A DNA stretch of 63,011 nt, counting the filler, from Klebsormidium nitens (lineage: Eukaryota > Plantae > Klebsormidiophyceae): NCBI GenBank assembly GCA_000708835.1. It is 7 parts of 7 records of this genome, joined end to end, with 100 filler letters (N's around TTAATTAATTAA, not from the genome) between each part and the next. Parts side by side here need not be neighbours in the genome. Positions count along the whole stretch, not along the records: positions 1 to 4,861 come from DF238469.1; positions 4,962 to 10,218 come from DF238440.1; positions 10,319 to 17,718 come from DF238328.1; 4 more parts are not named here. One strand, given 5' to 3'. The position numbers and the translations under genes are program-made. This document shows, piece by piece, positions 1 through 10,582 of this stretch; the first letter of the stretch is position 1, and every line of letters begins with the position of its first letter. The notes beneath the pieces are model-generated. The model ran no database searches and was not told where the DNA came from. It saw only the letters and a program-made list of their open reading frames with translations.

Positions 1-2220
1 GGATTAGGGTTCCAGTAAGTTCCTTGCAAACCAGATCACTGCAAGCTTGACCAGGGGATTCGTTAGGCGTCACCTGCGTACGAAGTCAAAGCTATAGCAC
101 ACCGTAAACCTGATAGTTTCAGAGGATTTCATTTGTTGACGCAGCTTCCGTGTCTTATATAAAGCCGGTCATTATTGTCTATGCCTTTTGATACCTTCGA
201 GACTTTATCTGGTGGACTTTGTATGCGTTCTTCATGCTGCATTTCAGACGCTGCTACCGGAGTTGATCGCGGTACGGCTTATATCACCTGCACACCTGCA
301 AAGGCCTCGATCGTCAAGCTAGTATTACTATATGTGCACGAACTGGTGACATGAATGCATGATGTGGAAAGAGGAGGCAACCGATGATACATGTATGACA
401 CATGTACGGTTCGAATTGTACATTGTTTAAAATACCGTGTACTAGGACCGCACCGGCAACATCTGTCACAATGTTTGCAATTATACTTATAGTTCGTGTT
501 GAATCTTTCTAAAGTACCTTCGTGAGGTTCAAAAGCTGGCTGAGGCCACGCTGAGGCGGCAGGGTGGGCGAGCAGCACCAAGGGCCCGATCAAGGAGTGG
601 ACCACCGTCGGAGTAGCTTATGGGTTCGAGGTGATGCAGTCCTGAATGGATAAACTTTCTGCACACGGACGTTGCCCAGGGGTCGCGAAGCTCTGCCTGG
701 AGCTGCTTGCGTGGGAGTTCGCCTCCAAGGAGATGCATCAACAGTTTTGCCGGGGTGTCAAAAATCATCTAGAGTACCGGCCCAAAGTGCCAGGTGCGCG
801 AGCTCGTCTTCTTGGACACGGAGGCGGGGGGCCCAGGGCTGAAGACGTACCTGGCCGAACAGGGGGAGTCGGTCTGCCGGTTGCAGGGAAAGAGGACGTA
901 GGGGTTGAACTTGCACAGACGTGGAGGAGGCGGGCGGGCGGTCCGCCTGCGAGTGTGGCTGCCGTGGACCTTCCCCCCGCCTTTGGAGTGGACGGACTTG
1001 AAGAATCTGTATGGTCCAACGTGCCAACAGTCCAGGGCCGAGCAGTCCACGGCCAGATGTCCGAATCAAGTGCATCTTAGAGGGGCCCGTGTACGGCCCA
1101 GAGTACGACCAGCAGTGCGCCACTAGCACGGTCTACAAGCTCAACGACATTCGCATTGGCTCGAACTGCCGAACGTGGAGAGGGACTGCGGGGGGCTGCT
1201 CCAGGTAGCGCGTTCGTGAGAGAAGAAGCTGAAGTCCTATATGAAGGTGACCACCCCTACAGATCGCAAGGGGGTCGACGTGAGCTAGCGCGCGGTCTAA
1301 GCGATGAATATTTCCAACTTATCAAATTGTCGAGCTGGACCAGGGGTCACCTGGGTCGGGTCAGTCCAGCGCGGAAGCTTAAAATCGACGCTCGAGACAG
1401 CGGTCTGCAACGGGTCTGCAACATCGCGACTCAAAAAAAGTCGTTCAGTACCGGGCCAAGCCAGGAAGATATTGAGGCAGGGCCCTCGAATACTCAAGTG
1501 GATAATTGGGAAGGGAGAATGTAAGGAATGGAGGGCGGGGGTAGAATTTGTATGGCTGACGCGGCCTCTACCCAAGTGCGCGCATGAGTGGTGAAGACAA
1601 GGCGTTATAGCTTGTCTGGGGGACTCGTGAAGGCCCTTCTGAGGGCAATCAAGACAGGGTTGGAGCTGCTCACGGCTGCATGGGTGATGGTGGTAGTGGC
1701 AAACCACACCGGTTGGCGTGCCAGAAGCAGCCAGCCTCCTCGCAGCAGGCGAGCTTCATTCGAGCGACGTGCCCGAGCTCCGGTTCACGACGATTGTGCA
1801 CGTGCAGGGAAAGAAGGCTAGCTTGGTGAGACTCATGCAGTGTCAAACATAAGCCAGCTGAAGAGTTGACGCCACGTCGTCGAAAATTTCGTGTTTCGTG
1901 CTCCAGACATGTCTCTGTCATTGAACTTACACTCTATAACATCCCTTCAAGTGAAGGACTCCATGGTTTCCGTGGAAAGTGTTGACTGTTAAATATAGAG
2001 ATCGACTGTCGGTACCGTACGGGGACAGAATTCAAAAGCAAGACTTGTAGTGACATCGCGGTTTCAAGGGTTTTCGAAACCTTTTTGTACCAATGGTTGA
2101 TATGGCTGTATGTTCTTTCGTGACATCTGTTAAGTTGGGTACCCAAACCCACCGTCAAGCTATGAAGTTGTTTTAGCGGGATAAGAGCATTCCTTGGCAG
2201 CCTCGACATGTACCATCAGC

Positions 2221-3260
2221 TGTCAAACCGACGGTCGGTATAGAGTGCTCCTTTCGCAGGTCTGGTTGAGCATTTCTTCCATCCCTGTTGAATCCTCGGC
2301 TGTCAAATCGGTTGGTCAGTATACAGAGTGCTCTTTCTGCATTTCTGGTCGAGCGTTCCTTCCACTGAGTCACCATGTTGCCGCCCTCGTCTCGAGAAGC
2401 CCTGTCAAACCGACGGTCGGTATAGAGGGCTTTTTCGTGGGTCTGTTGGAGCGTTCTTTCCATCGTTGTTGCATCATTGGCTATCAAACCGACGGTCGGT
2501 ATGGAACCCTCTTTTTGCAGGTCTGGTTGAGCATTCTTTCCATCTCTGTTGCATCATCGGCTGTCAAACCGAATGTCGGTATAGAGTGCTCTTTTCGCAG
2601 GTCTGGTGGAGCGTTCCTGCTGCTGCATCTATCCACGGCTGTCAAAGGTCGACGGTCGGTGTAGAGTGCACTTTTCGAGGTCTGGTTGAGCATTCCTTCC
2701 ATCGGGCCTGTTGCATCCTCGGCTGTCAAACCGACGGTCGGTAAGTTGATCTTCAGAGTGCTCTTTTTGCAGGTCAGGTGGAGCGTCTTCCATCGCTGTT
2801 GCATCCGCGGTTGTCAAACCGATGGTCGGTATGGAACACTCTTTTTGCAGGTCTGGTTGAGCATTCCCTCCATCCCTGAACATTGCATCCCAGCTCGAAG
2901 CCCTGTCAAACCGACGGTCGGTATAGAGTGCACTTTTCGCAGGTTTGCCAGTGGAGACGGTTCCTTCCATCGCTATTGCATCCGCGGCGGTCAAACCGAC
3001 TGTCGGTATAGAGTGCTATTTTCGCGGGTCTGGTTGAGGTCATTCCTTCTGGAATCCACATGTTGTATGATCCTCTGAGCCCTGTCAAACCGACGGTCGG
3101 TATAGAGTGCTCTTTTCGCGGGTCTGGTGGAGCGTTCTTTCCATCGCTGTTGCATCATTGGCTGTCATACCAACGGTTGGTATAGAGTGCTCTTATCGCA
3201 GGTCTGGTTAAGCATTCCTTCCATGCATCCTCGGCTGTCAAACCGACGTTCGATATGGAA
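2221..3260 (+). repeat. Diverged tandem satellite, 13 units of ~73-102 bp, each with a palindromic core ACCGAC-g-GTCGGT
   Basis: TGTCAAACCGACGGTCGGTATAGAGTGC-like units start near 2221, 2301, 2403, 2482, 2562, 2640, 2724, 2812, 2904, ~2989, 3083, 3163 and 3236. The rest of each unit (GCAGGTCTGG..GAGC.TTC.TTCCATC..TGTTGCATC) is also homologous between units. Confidence 0.95.
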
Positions 3261-4184
3261 CGTGACACTCAACAGCAGGTTTAAATTATATATTCGATTT
3301 CTCAAATTTCAACAAAATTCACGATGTGCAGGACGCAGCGGCGCCAGTCTTGTACGGGTGCCTTGAGGAACGGCTCAGGCTTGGCGTGCATTAAATGTTG
3401 AAGGTCATGAAAACCAAGCCCACTGACAAGTCGCGAGTAGAGGGCAGTTGACATTGCGAATGACAGGCTGTCGGGAGCGGAGTGGCGCGAAATCCTCTAT
3501 GCCCATGGATCCGTGAAAGTAAGTGTAGCATATAAAAGCTGACCTTCCATACTTGGCTGTACCGTCAGCCAGTTAGTACTACAGTCCACGGATCATACTT
3601 GCTCGTGCTCAGTGTTGTGCATGTCAGCCTGGTTTGTATGCATTACCGCTAGAATCTGACCAGTAATGTGCTCTAGAGTCTTTGTCATAACATTCAGACT
3701 GCACACTGACCTTTGCTTTATGTCGCATATCGTTCCGTAAGCAGAATGGGTGGAGTTGGGCGGCAAGGTCTCATCCGACCTGTTCTCTAGACTCGACTTG
3801 CTGAAATACATGCCGCCGCGCGGTGGGTCAGCTATGGTGCTGAACCGTTTGAGGGGCGATTGCGAGTTGGCAGTCGTCCCTGCGCAAGGCCAGCCTGGAT
3901 CTGAAGGTTGTGGACGCAGATCATTACTAGACTCGGAGGCAAAGGCTCCAGTCCTACCCGGACGTGCTCCGAGTGGATGTGCAGAGTCCAAGAAGACATG
4001 GACGGGTAAGCACGAGGCGAAGGAGCGCCCCAGGTTCAAGCAGAGAGAATTATCACCAGTTGGCATTTGGGGCGCCGGGGCGCCGGGGCGAGAATTATTA
4101 ATGGGCTTGTAAGATTTACAACGTTCCCCCCTCATCGGTTTTTCCTCCTCATTGAGGATAACGAGTCTCTATATAAAGCTTGGA

Positions 4185-4522
4185 TATATGCTTCAATCAT
4201 AGACTCATCTTCCTCTTTCCTCTTGCCTCCAACCTTGCCACCTTCATCCCCCTTCTGGACGCCTCATTTCCCTGATCCAGGTGGGCCCCCCTCTACCCCG
4301 ACCTCAGTGACTCCCCTCCGACTCCGCCTCATTTCCCTCATCCCGGTCCGCCTTATCCCGGGCCACCTTCTGGAATCCCCTCCTCCGCCCCATTATTTTC
4401 CTCTCTTCCCGGTTCCCCTCTACCCCCACCTTCATCCCCCTCCTCCGCCCATTTTCCTCATACATCCCGTTCCCTCCATAGACCGGCCTTCATCCCTTTT
4501 TCTCCGCCTCATTTCCCTCATC
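4185..4522 (+). repeat. Polypyrimidine low-complexity tract with short internal repeats
   Basis: Almost entirely C/T. GCCTCATTTCCCT recurs near 4261, 4326 and 4506; CCTCCTCCGCCC recurs near 4379 and 4439. Confidence 0.8.
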
Positions 4523-4861
4523 ACGAATGTGAATGAATGAGAGTGCGTCAGGCTTGTCAATTCGTCGATAGCGACCTGGCTGAGTAGCTTTCACGAGTGC
4601 TTGGGTGCTGTACGGCATACAAAGCCTACGTAGCTAGAACCGTGACTCGTGCCGCGAAATCTTTAGATAGGGGGATTTATGAGAGCGAAGTCAAATTTTA
4701 AGCACGGTCCGAGATTTGGATTGATAGAATCGACGCGTGACACGATTGTGCACGAATGGGAATTTGTTTCCGACGTCAACTCGTCGCATGCAGACTCGGC
4801 CTGGCTGGGATGTGCAAATGTAACAGTACGGAAGCCGACCGCCTTAGCCGCTCGGCTATGC

Positions 4862-4961
4862 NNNNNNNNNNNNNNNNNNNNNNNNNNNNNNNNNNNNNNN
4901 NNNNNTTAATTAATTAANNNNNNNNNNNNNNNNNNNNNNNNNNNNNNNNNNNNNNNNNNNN
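4862..4961. other. Assembly gap with artificial six-frame-stop linker TTAATTAATTAA (also at 10,219, 17,719, 41,376, 57,993 and 60,467; plain gaps at 15,293-15,809 and 62,172-62,191)
   Basis: An identical linker sits inside a 100-base N block each time. Confidence 0.98.
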
Positions 4962-4969
4962 CGACTCAC

Positions 4970-6142
4970 CAGAGTTCCCGGGTTTTCAGAGTTGAGGGCC
5001 GAGAAGTAGAGCGCGGTCGTATTTCCCAGGTTGATCTCGAAGTGCATCATTCCCTGGGGGAAGATGGTCACATCCCCGGGGTAAATGAGATCGATGTGGG
5101 GGGTGCTCTTGGTGTCCACGAAGCCGACTTGGAGGGCCCCCCCCGAAACGAGAGTCAGGATCTCGCTTGCGCGGGGGTGGATGTGCGGTTCGTTCACCCC
5201 GCAAGGCGCCATCTCGAAGCGTACATACGTAATGCCCTGAGAACTGCAGATTCAAGCGTCGTGTCTAAGCTTAGCCCTCGACGATTTCCAGTTTCGAATC
5301 TTCGGAAATCTCTGGCAGGCTCCCAACCCGCCTGCTTTCCGTTCTGGCTGCGAAAGGTATTGACCGTCTGCGCCTCACCTCTGAACGAGTTTGATTCCAG
5401 CTCATGGGACTCTGACGGCCTCGCTACTAAATCACTGTTGGGTTTTCTGCCGCCTGATGACTGTCACCTGTCTACTAAGAGATTCCCTATACCAAGGTCG
5501 AGGTGCGCTGAGCACGGGTATCATATCTGCTCCAGATTTACAGCCCAATAAAGTGCAAGCACTGAACATGCTTCCTTCTCTGAACACTGTCAAGTCACGT
5601 CAGTCCAATATTGGCAGGCGTCATCTGAGCAAGTTTGATCCACTGAAAAGCTGGTTTCACCATTTCCTTGCGTCCTTATTGGGATCCAACAAGTTTGACA
5701 GACTGCTTCCAATGACCCTTTGCAAATTTTCCAACTTGGAAGTGCGCCTACGGGGCACTATGAGAACATTCTACTATTAGTGGGTCAGGCATGAATGGCA
5801 TACGTATCCGCCCACCGCAGCAGGCTTTGAAACCGAGAACGAGCCCGAGCTCAGATTCCATTCATTCAACGTCCAGGACTCAGTCAATCACACTCAACTG
5901 TTCTTTAGCATGCTCACGTCAGCGCTAGGAAGATTGCACTGGTGAGCACTGAGGCCGGCCCTCTTTCCCCCCGCCGAGACGGAGACGACGCCATTGGTTC
6001 CCAGGCTGCGGAAGACAAAGCTGGTCTGGTTGGAGGGGGTGAAATCTGCAAGGGGGTCAGGATCTGCGCGCGCCGAAAAGACCGACAAAACCAGGAAGAG
6101 AGCAACTTGGAGAAGCATAGACTTAGGGAGGGAGGGCGCCAT
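4970..6142 (-). pseudogene. Germin-like protein (cupin) gene, exons 6142-5918 and 5243(or 5236)-4970; 7-nt frameshifting insertion in exon 1; 3' exon(s) lost in the gap
   Basis: Signal peptide followed by DPDPLADF. Germin boxes GVNEPHIHPRASE and PQGMMHFEINLG have the metal ligands intact. GT donors lie at 5917 and 4969. The conserved F(P/L)ALTSQGITY reading is out of frame with the ATG by 7 nt. Confidence 0.85.
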
Positions 6143-8510
6143 TCTGCAGCGTAACTTTTAGGAAGGCGGATGCTTTTGTCACTTTTGCTTTTGTCACTTT
6201 TCGCAATTAGGAAGTGTGCATCTCTGATTTATATGCGGCCATAGCGCGCTGACGTCGGATTTCATGTTGCTGCTGGAAACAGCCCACAGGAAGGCACGGT
6301 GTGCGAACGTCCGACGGGGACTGAAGTTGATGTGCTGCACAGTGGGTCGACGTACGGTCAAGTCAACAAATCAGTACTCCTGACGTAGGCAATTTCCCAC
6401 TGATACACTGAGCTGGGTCAAGTCAACGATGTACCGTAAGAACTCCCCGCAAGGCTTGCTTTCTTTGTGCGGCAGCTGCGTGACCCTAGCTATAGCACCT
6501 GCAGTTTTCAGTTTGCACCACTTTATATACAGTAGCACTTTAGTGGAAGCCCTTGGAAGCTCGCCGGATCGGAAGCCCGTCATCATTCAGATCATTCCAC
6601 GGGCATTCCACGAGCAATGATGATTAATAGTAATTGCAGACAGCTATTGTGTCACATGCAATCAAGGCAATCCTGTCAACATCAGGACTCAGCATGTGCT
6701 CTCAGCTGCAACTGCAGTCACGACTCACGCAGTGTTCGACACGAGCCGTCACACCAGGCAAACGTCAGCCGACGGAATTGCCTCTCGGCCGACTCAACCG
6801 AGGGGCGTCGGCCGAAAAGCCGACAGAAACGGGATCTTTTTGGGGTGTTTCAGGTTCGACACACGCTTATCAGTATATTTGCACATGCGTAGGCGTCCGG
6901 TCTACCACACCGGAATCTTCCGCGCTCACTCCGTCTGGACGTCCGAGCCGGAACAAAGACGGGAACACAGGTGTCCGGACCGACTGACGGTACTGATTGA
7001 TCAAAGTTCATCGGACGGCCACGAACTGTTCAATTCAACTCCGAGCTTAGGGTCCAAAAACGTCTGGCTAATTGCACTCAGTTCTGATCGGATTGCATCT
7101 GGATAAAATTCGTCCAATGGAATCGCTTCCGTCTGCAATATTGTAACGGTGAAGACGTTTAGAATCACTTCGAAGCTTCTTCCTACTCTGTTGGTGACCT
7201 TAAAATCACCTACAAGGAATCGTAGTAGGAAAAAGCGTTACCCCAAGTCCAGATTTACTAGCACTTGGTAAACATCTTGATAGTAGACAGCTATATTATG
7301 CCATAGAAAGAGAACAACTTCTTTCTCTTTCTCAAGCTGTTTGACAGCAGCCAACGTCTCTGTTTATGGCGCTCAGCACCAAGTGGAGCACACTACAACG
7401 GACCGAGAGCTGGCTGCACCTACATCGCGTAAATCAAGTTCGAGTCTGTGGAAGTTCTGCATCATCGAACACTGCGGGTACTAACCGTTTCTGACTACAT
7501 CTTCGTCACTTTCCTTTCAGGTATAATCCTCATCAACGCAAAGGCTGTCAGAGAACACCAAAGGCTTGCTTGATATAGTGGCTGCTTAGATCAGAATGTA
7601 ATGATGGATTCCTTTGTTTGTTGCATCTAGCTTTGATGGTATACATGTATGCCTCTAGCTGTTTTGTTTTGCTTGCTGTTTGAAATTCGTCAAACAGGTC
7701 GCAGCCAGCTCTCGACCGTTATCACTAGAAGTACTCAGCAGCCCTATTTCAGCTGTAGTAATTAGGAACACGTTTCCATTATGATTAGAAAAAGGGACAC
7801 CTCTAGTCGATTGAACACAGAGAGATTTAGCCTCCTATTTGACAGTTCTAGAACCAAAGTAGCCATTGCGAGCTCAACTTTTGGAGCTTTGTTTGCTTTT
7901 CAACTCACTCATGCACTGAAGGTTATGAGCAAAGATATCTGAGAATGATATTCATGAGCCATACTCGATCTCAATGATAGTGCAATTCGGAATTCGAATC
8001 TCATGTCACATGCCCAAAAAAGCAGATGCTTAAGAGGTATGGCAGGTTATCTCGACCTTGTCATTCGGGATAAGGTGCTTCAAGCATGATTTGGTCTTGA
8101 CATGCTTGACGTTCCTCAGGCTCTGCCAATCACAGTTTTCATTATAGTAGTGGAATACATTCTAACTACTGTTTTCATGCCTCTTATAAGTGCAGGGTCA
8201 GATCGGATCAAGGGCCCCTCTAGCCCTCCTTCTGGCTTCCTTCACAAGCATCAAAGAAGAATTAAGGCTACAGCAATTCTTCAGAAGAGCAGGCCTCCAT
8301 CTTAGGAGGCCCAAGACCATCCCTTCAACGTGACAACAACGTGACACCAGTCCTCCCAAGACTAAGGTCAGATTACCGTTACCGAATTTGGAAAAAACAC
8401 TTTGCTCACTGCTTCCGTAATGAATGGAAGGCTTCCGATCTGTACAGAGGAATAAAGGCCTCTATTATGTCCCAGATCAAGAGCAGGTAGTCTAAGACCA
8501 AACATGGCTG

Positions 8511-10218
8511 TTGGTATCATTCGAGAATCAGTGGTTCAATCTGATTGACCTCCGGAAATTACTGAGGGATGTTGAATACCTCAACCCCTATAAGAATCTT
8601 CAGCTGAGATGGCTATATCCAGAGCCACCTCAGAGACTGAGCCAATCACGTTACAAAAGTGTGTTGGACAAAGTGGATAATGATCTTTGGATCAGCCAAA
8701 TCATTCCTAACTTCGATCAGATCTCTCAGCTTTGTCACTGCAAGAGAGAACATGTTACGGAGTCCAGATTTGAAGGACATCTTGCCTCTGGAAATCTGGA
8801 AACAATCATACATAACAAAGAGATTTTAGACAGGCTTCAAAGAGGTCCTCTATTCAGAGAAACCCAAAATGGAGACTTGACCTCTGCCACCCTCGCTTTA
8901 GAGTTAGCACTTCAAGACCTACAAGTGCGCAAGCCGTTGGCACATAGTCTTGCCTGGAGCACAAAGCTCCTCGCCAACTTTGCAAAGCGGGCAGCCCTAT
9001 TAACACAGAAGGATAAAGAGGGCAAAATCAACCTGAAGGAACTTCTCTTCCCTGCTCCTGGTCACATCGAAGATCAGAAGGACGAACTCGATGCCTTCCT
9101 GAGTAAATACGTCATCCTCCCTGCAGATAAGTGTAGGGGGAACTACTTTGTCGTATGCAAGAACCTTTACATAAAACAGTGTGTCACATCTTTACACACT
9201 GCACCCCAATATCAACGGCTCCAGATCACTGAAGACGAGCTGGTTGCTTCTCTCCTGCAGCAAGTCACCGGCCTCGTACATCACTCTCACCTCGAAGCTC
9301 TGTACGAGGAGGAGGTTCCAAGCCTTTCCTATTTTTACGTACTTCCCAAGCCACACAAGGTCCCTCTCAAGTGGCGACCCGTTGCAGCCTCGCACAGGTC
9401 AGTCACTGCTGTCTTGCAGAGGACTTTAGCCTCAGCACTCGGGCTGGTCATGAAGTCACAGAAAGAATTTCATCAGAAAGAGTTCCAAGATACTGGTCTT
9501 CGAAAGTTCTGGATCGTTGAAAACAGTACGGACGTGGTGCTTTCCCTTCCGGCTGTTCTCACTCACATGGTCTCATCTGATATTGATTCTATGTATCAAA
9601 ACATGGATCAGACCTGCACATTCAATGCTACTTCAGAAGAAGTCAAAAGGGCTGCAAATATAGCAGGCGCCGATTGCTTTTTCATCGTTGTAGCAACCAC
9701 CCAGTCCGGCAACCGAGTAGACCAGGTTTTCTGGCACGACTCCGTTTCCGGGTTGAATCCTCTGGATAATCCATCTCCTGTCTCAAAGAGGGCTGTGGAA
9801 AAGGAGTCTTATATCCTGTTCAAAAGATACTGGACATCTTTGAATTCGTGATTCAAAACACCCACGTCACCTTGGGCAATTCCGTTCACCATCAAATTAA
9901 CGGTCTACCTCAAGGCGGACACGCTAGCGGCCACATGGCAAATCTGACTTGTCATTTCTATGAACGAACCTGGGTCGAGAAGTTCTCCTTTCATTCTCTA
10001 CAATACGCCATTTCTCGATTTATGGACGATTTTGGCAGCGCCAACGCGGCTTACTTTCAAGAAATGTACACCCAGATTTACTGTAACGGCACGACTGCGC
10101 ACCGACTTCTGGCTGCGCGCCAAACTCGCGGCCGCGCATCGTCCGTTATTATACGCTATCGACTTATTTGATATATCGAATCACTACACAACACGTGTCT
10201 GGGTTACTGTTCCACCGC
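8511..10218 (+). mobile_element. Penelope-like retroelement reverse transcriptase (Naiad/Chlamys-like), frameshifted, cut by gap
   Basis: PLE motifs ILPADKCRGNYFVVCKNLY, YFYVLPKPHK..WRPVAAS, DIDSMYQN, QINGLPQGGHASGHMANL and RFMDD. Frameshift at ~9,800-9,830. In-frame stops lie upstream of 8511. Confidence 0.85.
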
Positions 10219-10318
10219 NNNNNNNNNNNNNNNNNNNNNNNNNNNNNNNNNNNNNNNNNNNNTTAATTAATTAANNNNNNNNNNNNNNNNNNNNNNNNNN
10301 NNNNNNNNNNNNNNNNNN

Positions 10319-10466
10319 GAAATTTTCGGACTTACTAGGTGACGGTCCACTGAGCCTACTAGGCTAGAGTGTAGACCTAAAGATAGGCCGTGACTCGGAA
10401 CACTCCATATACATTGTGTGAACTTGATTGATTGAATATCACTTCCAACAACGCTGTGTTTCAACA
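10319..10466 (+). repeat. LTR-like repeat A, copy 1 (left end in gap, ends TTTCAACA)
   Basis: Highly similar to 12,706-12,846; its last 20 nt recur at 58,093-58,112. Confidence 0.8.
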
Positions 10467-10582
10467 GGGGATGTTAAGAACCGGAGAATCCGGTTCCCAG
10501 ACTTTGTTGAGTTTTAACGCGCTGTCACTCGGGCTCCACTAGCGCCAATGTAGCCCGAGTGATAGCGCGTTAAAATTCAACA

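Noticed and set aside
2221-3260. CRISPR array
   Set aside because: The would-be spacers are homologous to each other and variable in length, there are no cas genes, and the context is eukaryotic. It is a satellite.
3593-4135. 180-aa ORF as the missing germin 3' exon
   Set aside because: No frame gives a germin C-terminal motif.
4906-4917. Recurrent TTAATTAATTAA palindrome
   Set aside because: Artificial scaffolding linker inside N gaps. ORFs ending or starting there are artefacts.
6700-7010. Possible MITE with internal TCGGCCGAC/GTCGGCCGA hairpin
   Set aside because: Only a 9-bp stem; no convincing TIR pair or TSD.
7560-8500. GIY-YIG endonuclease upstream of the PLE RT
   Set aside because: Only a weak GIH-like match among many stops; not supportable.
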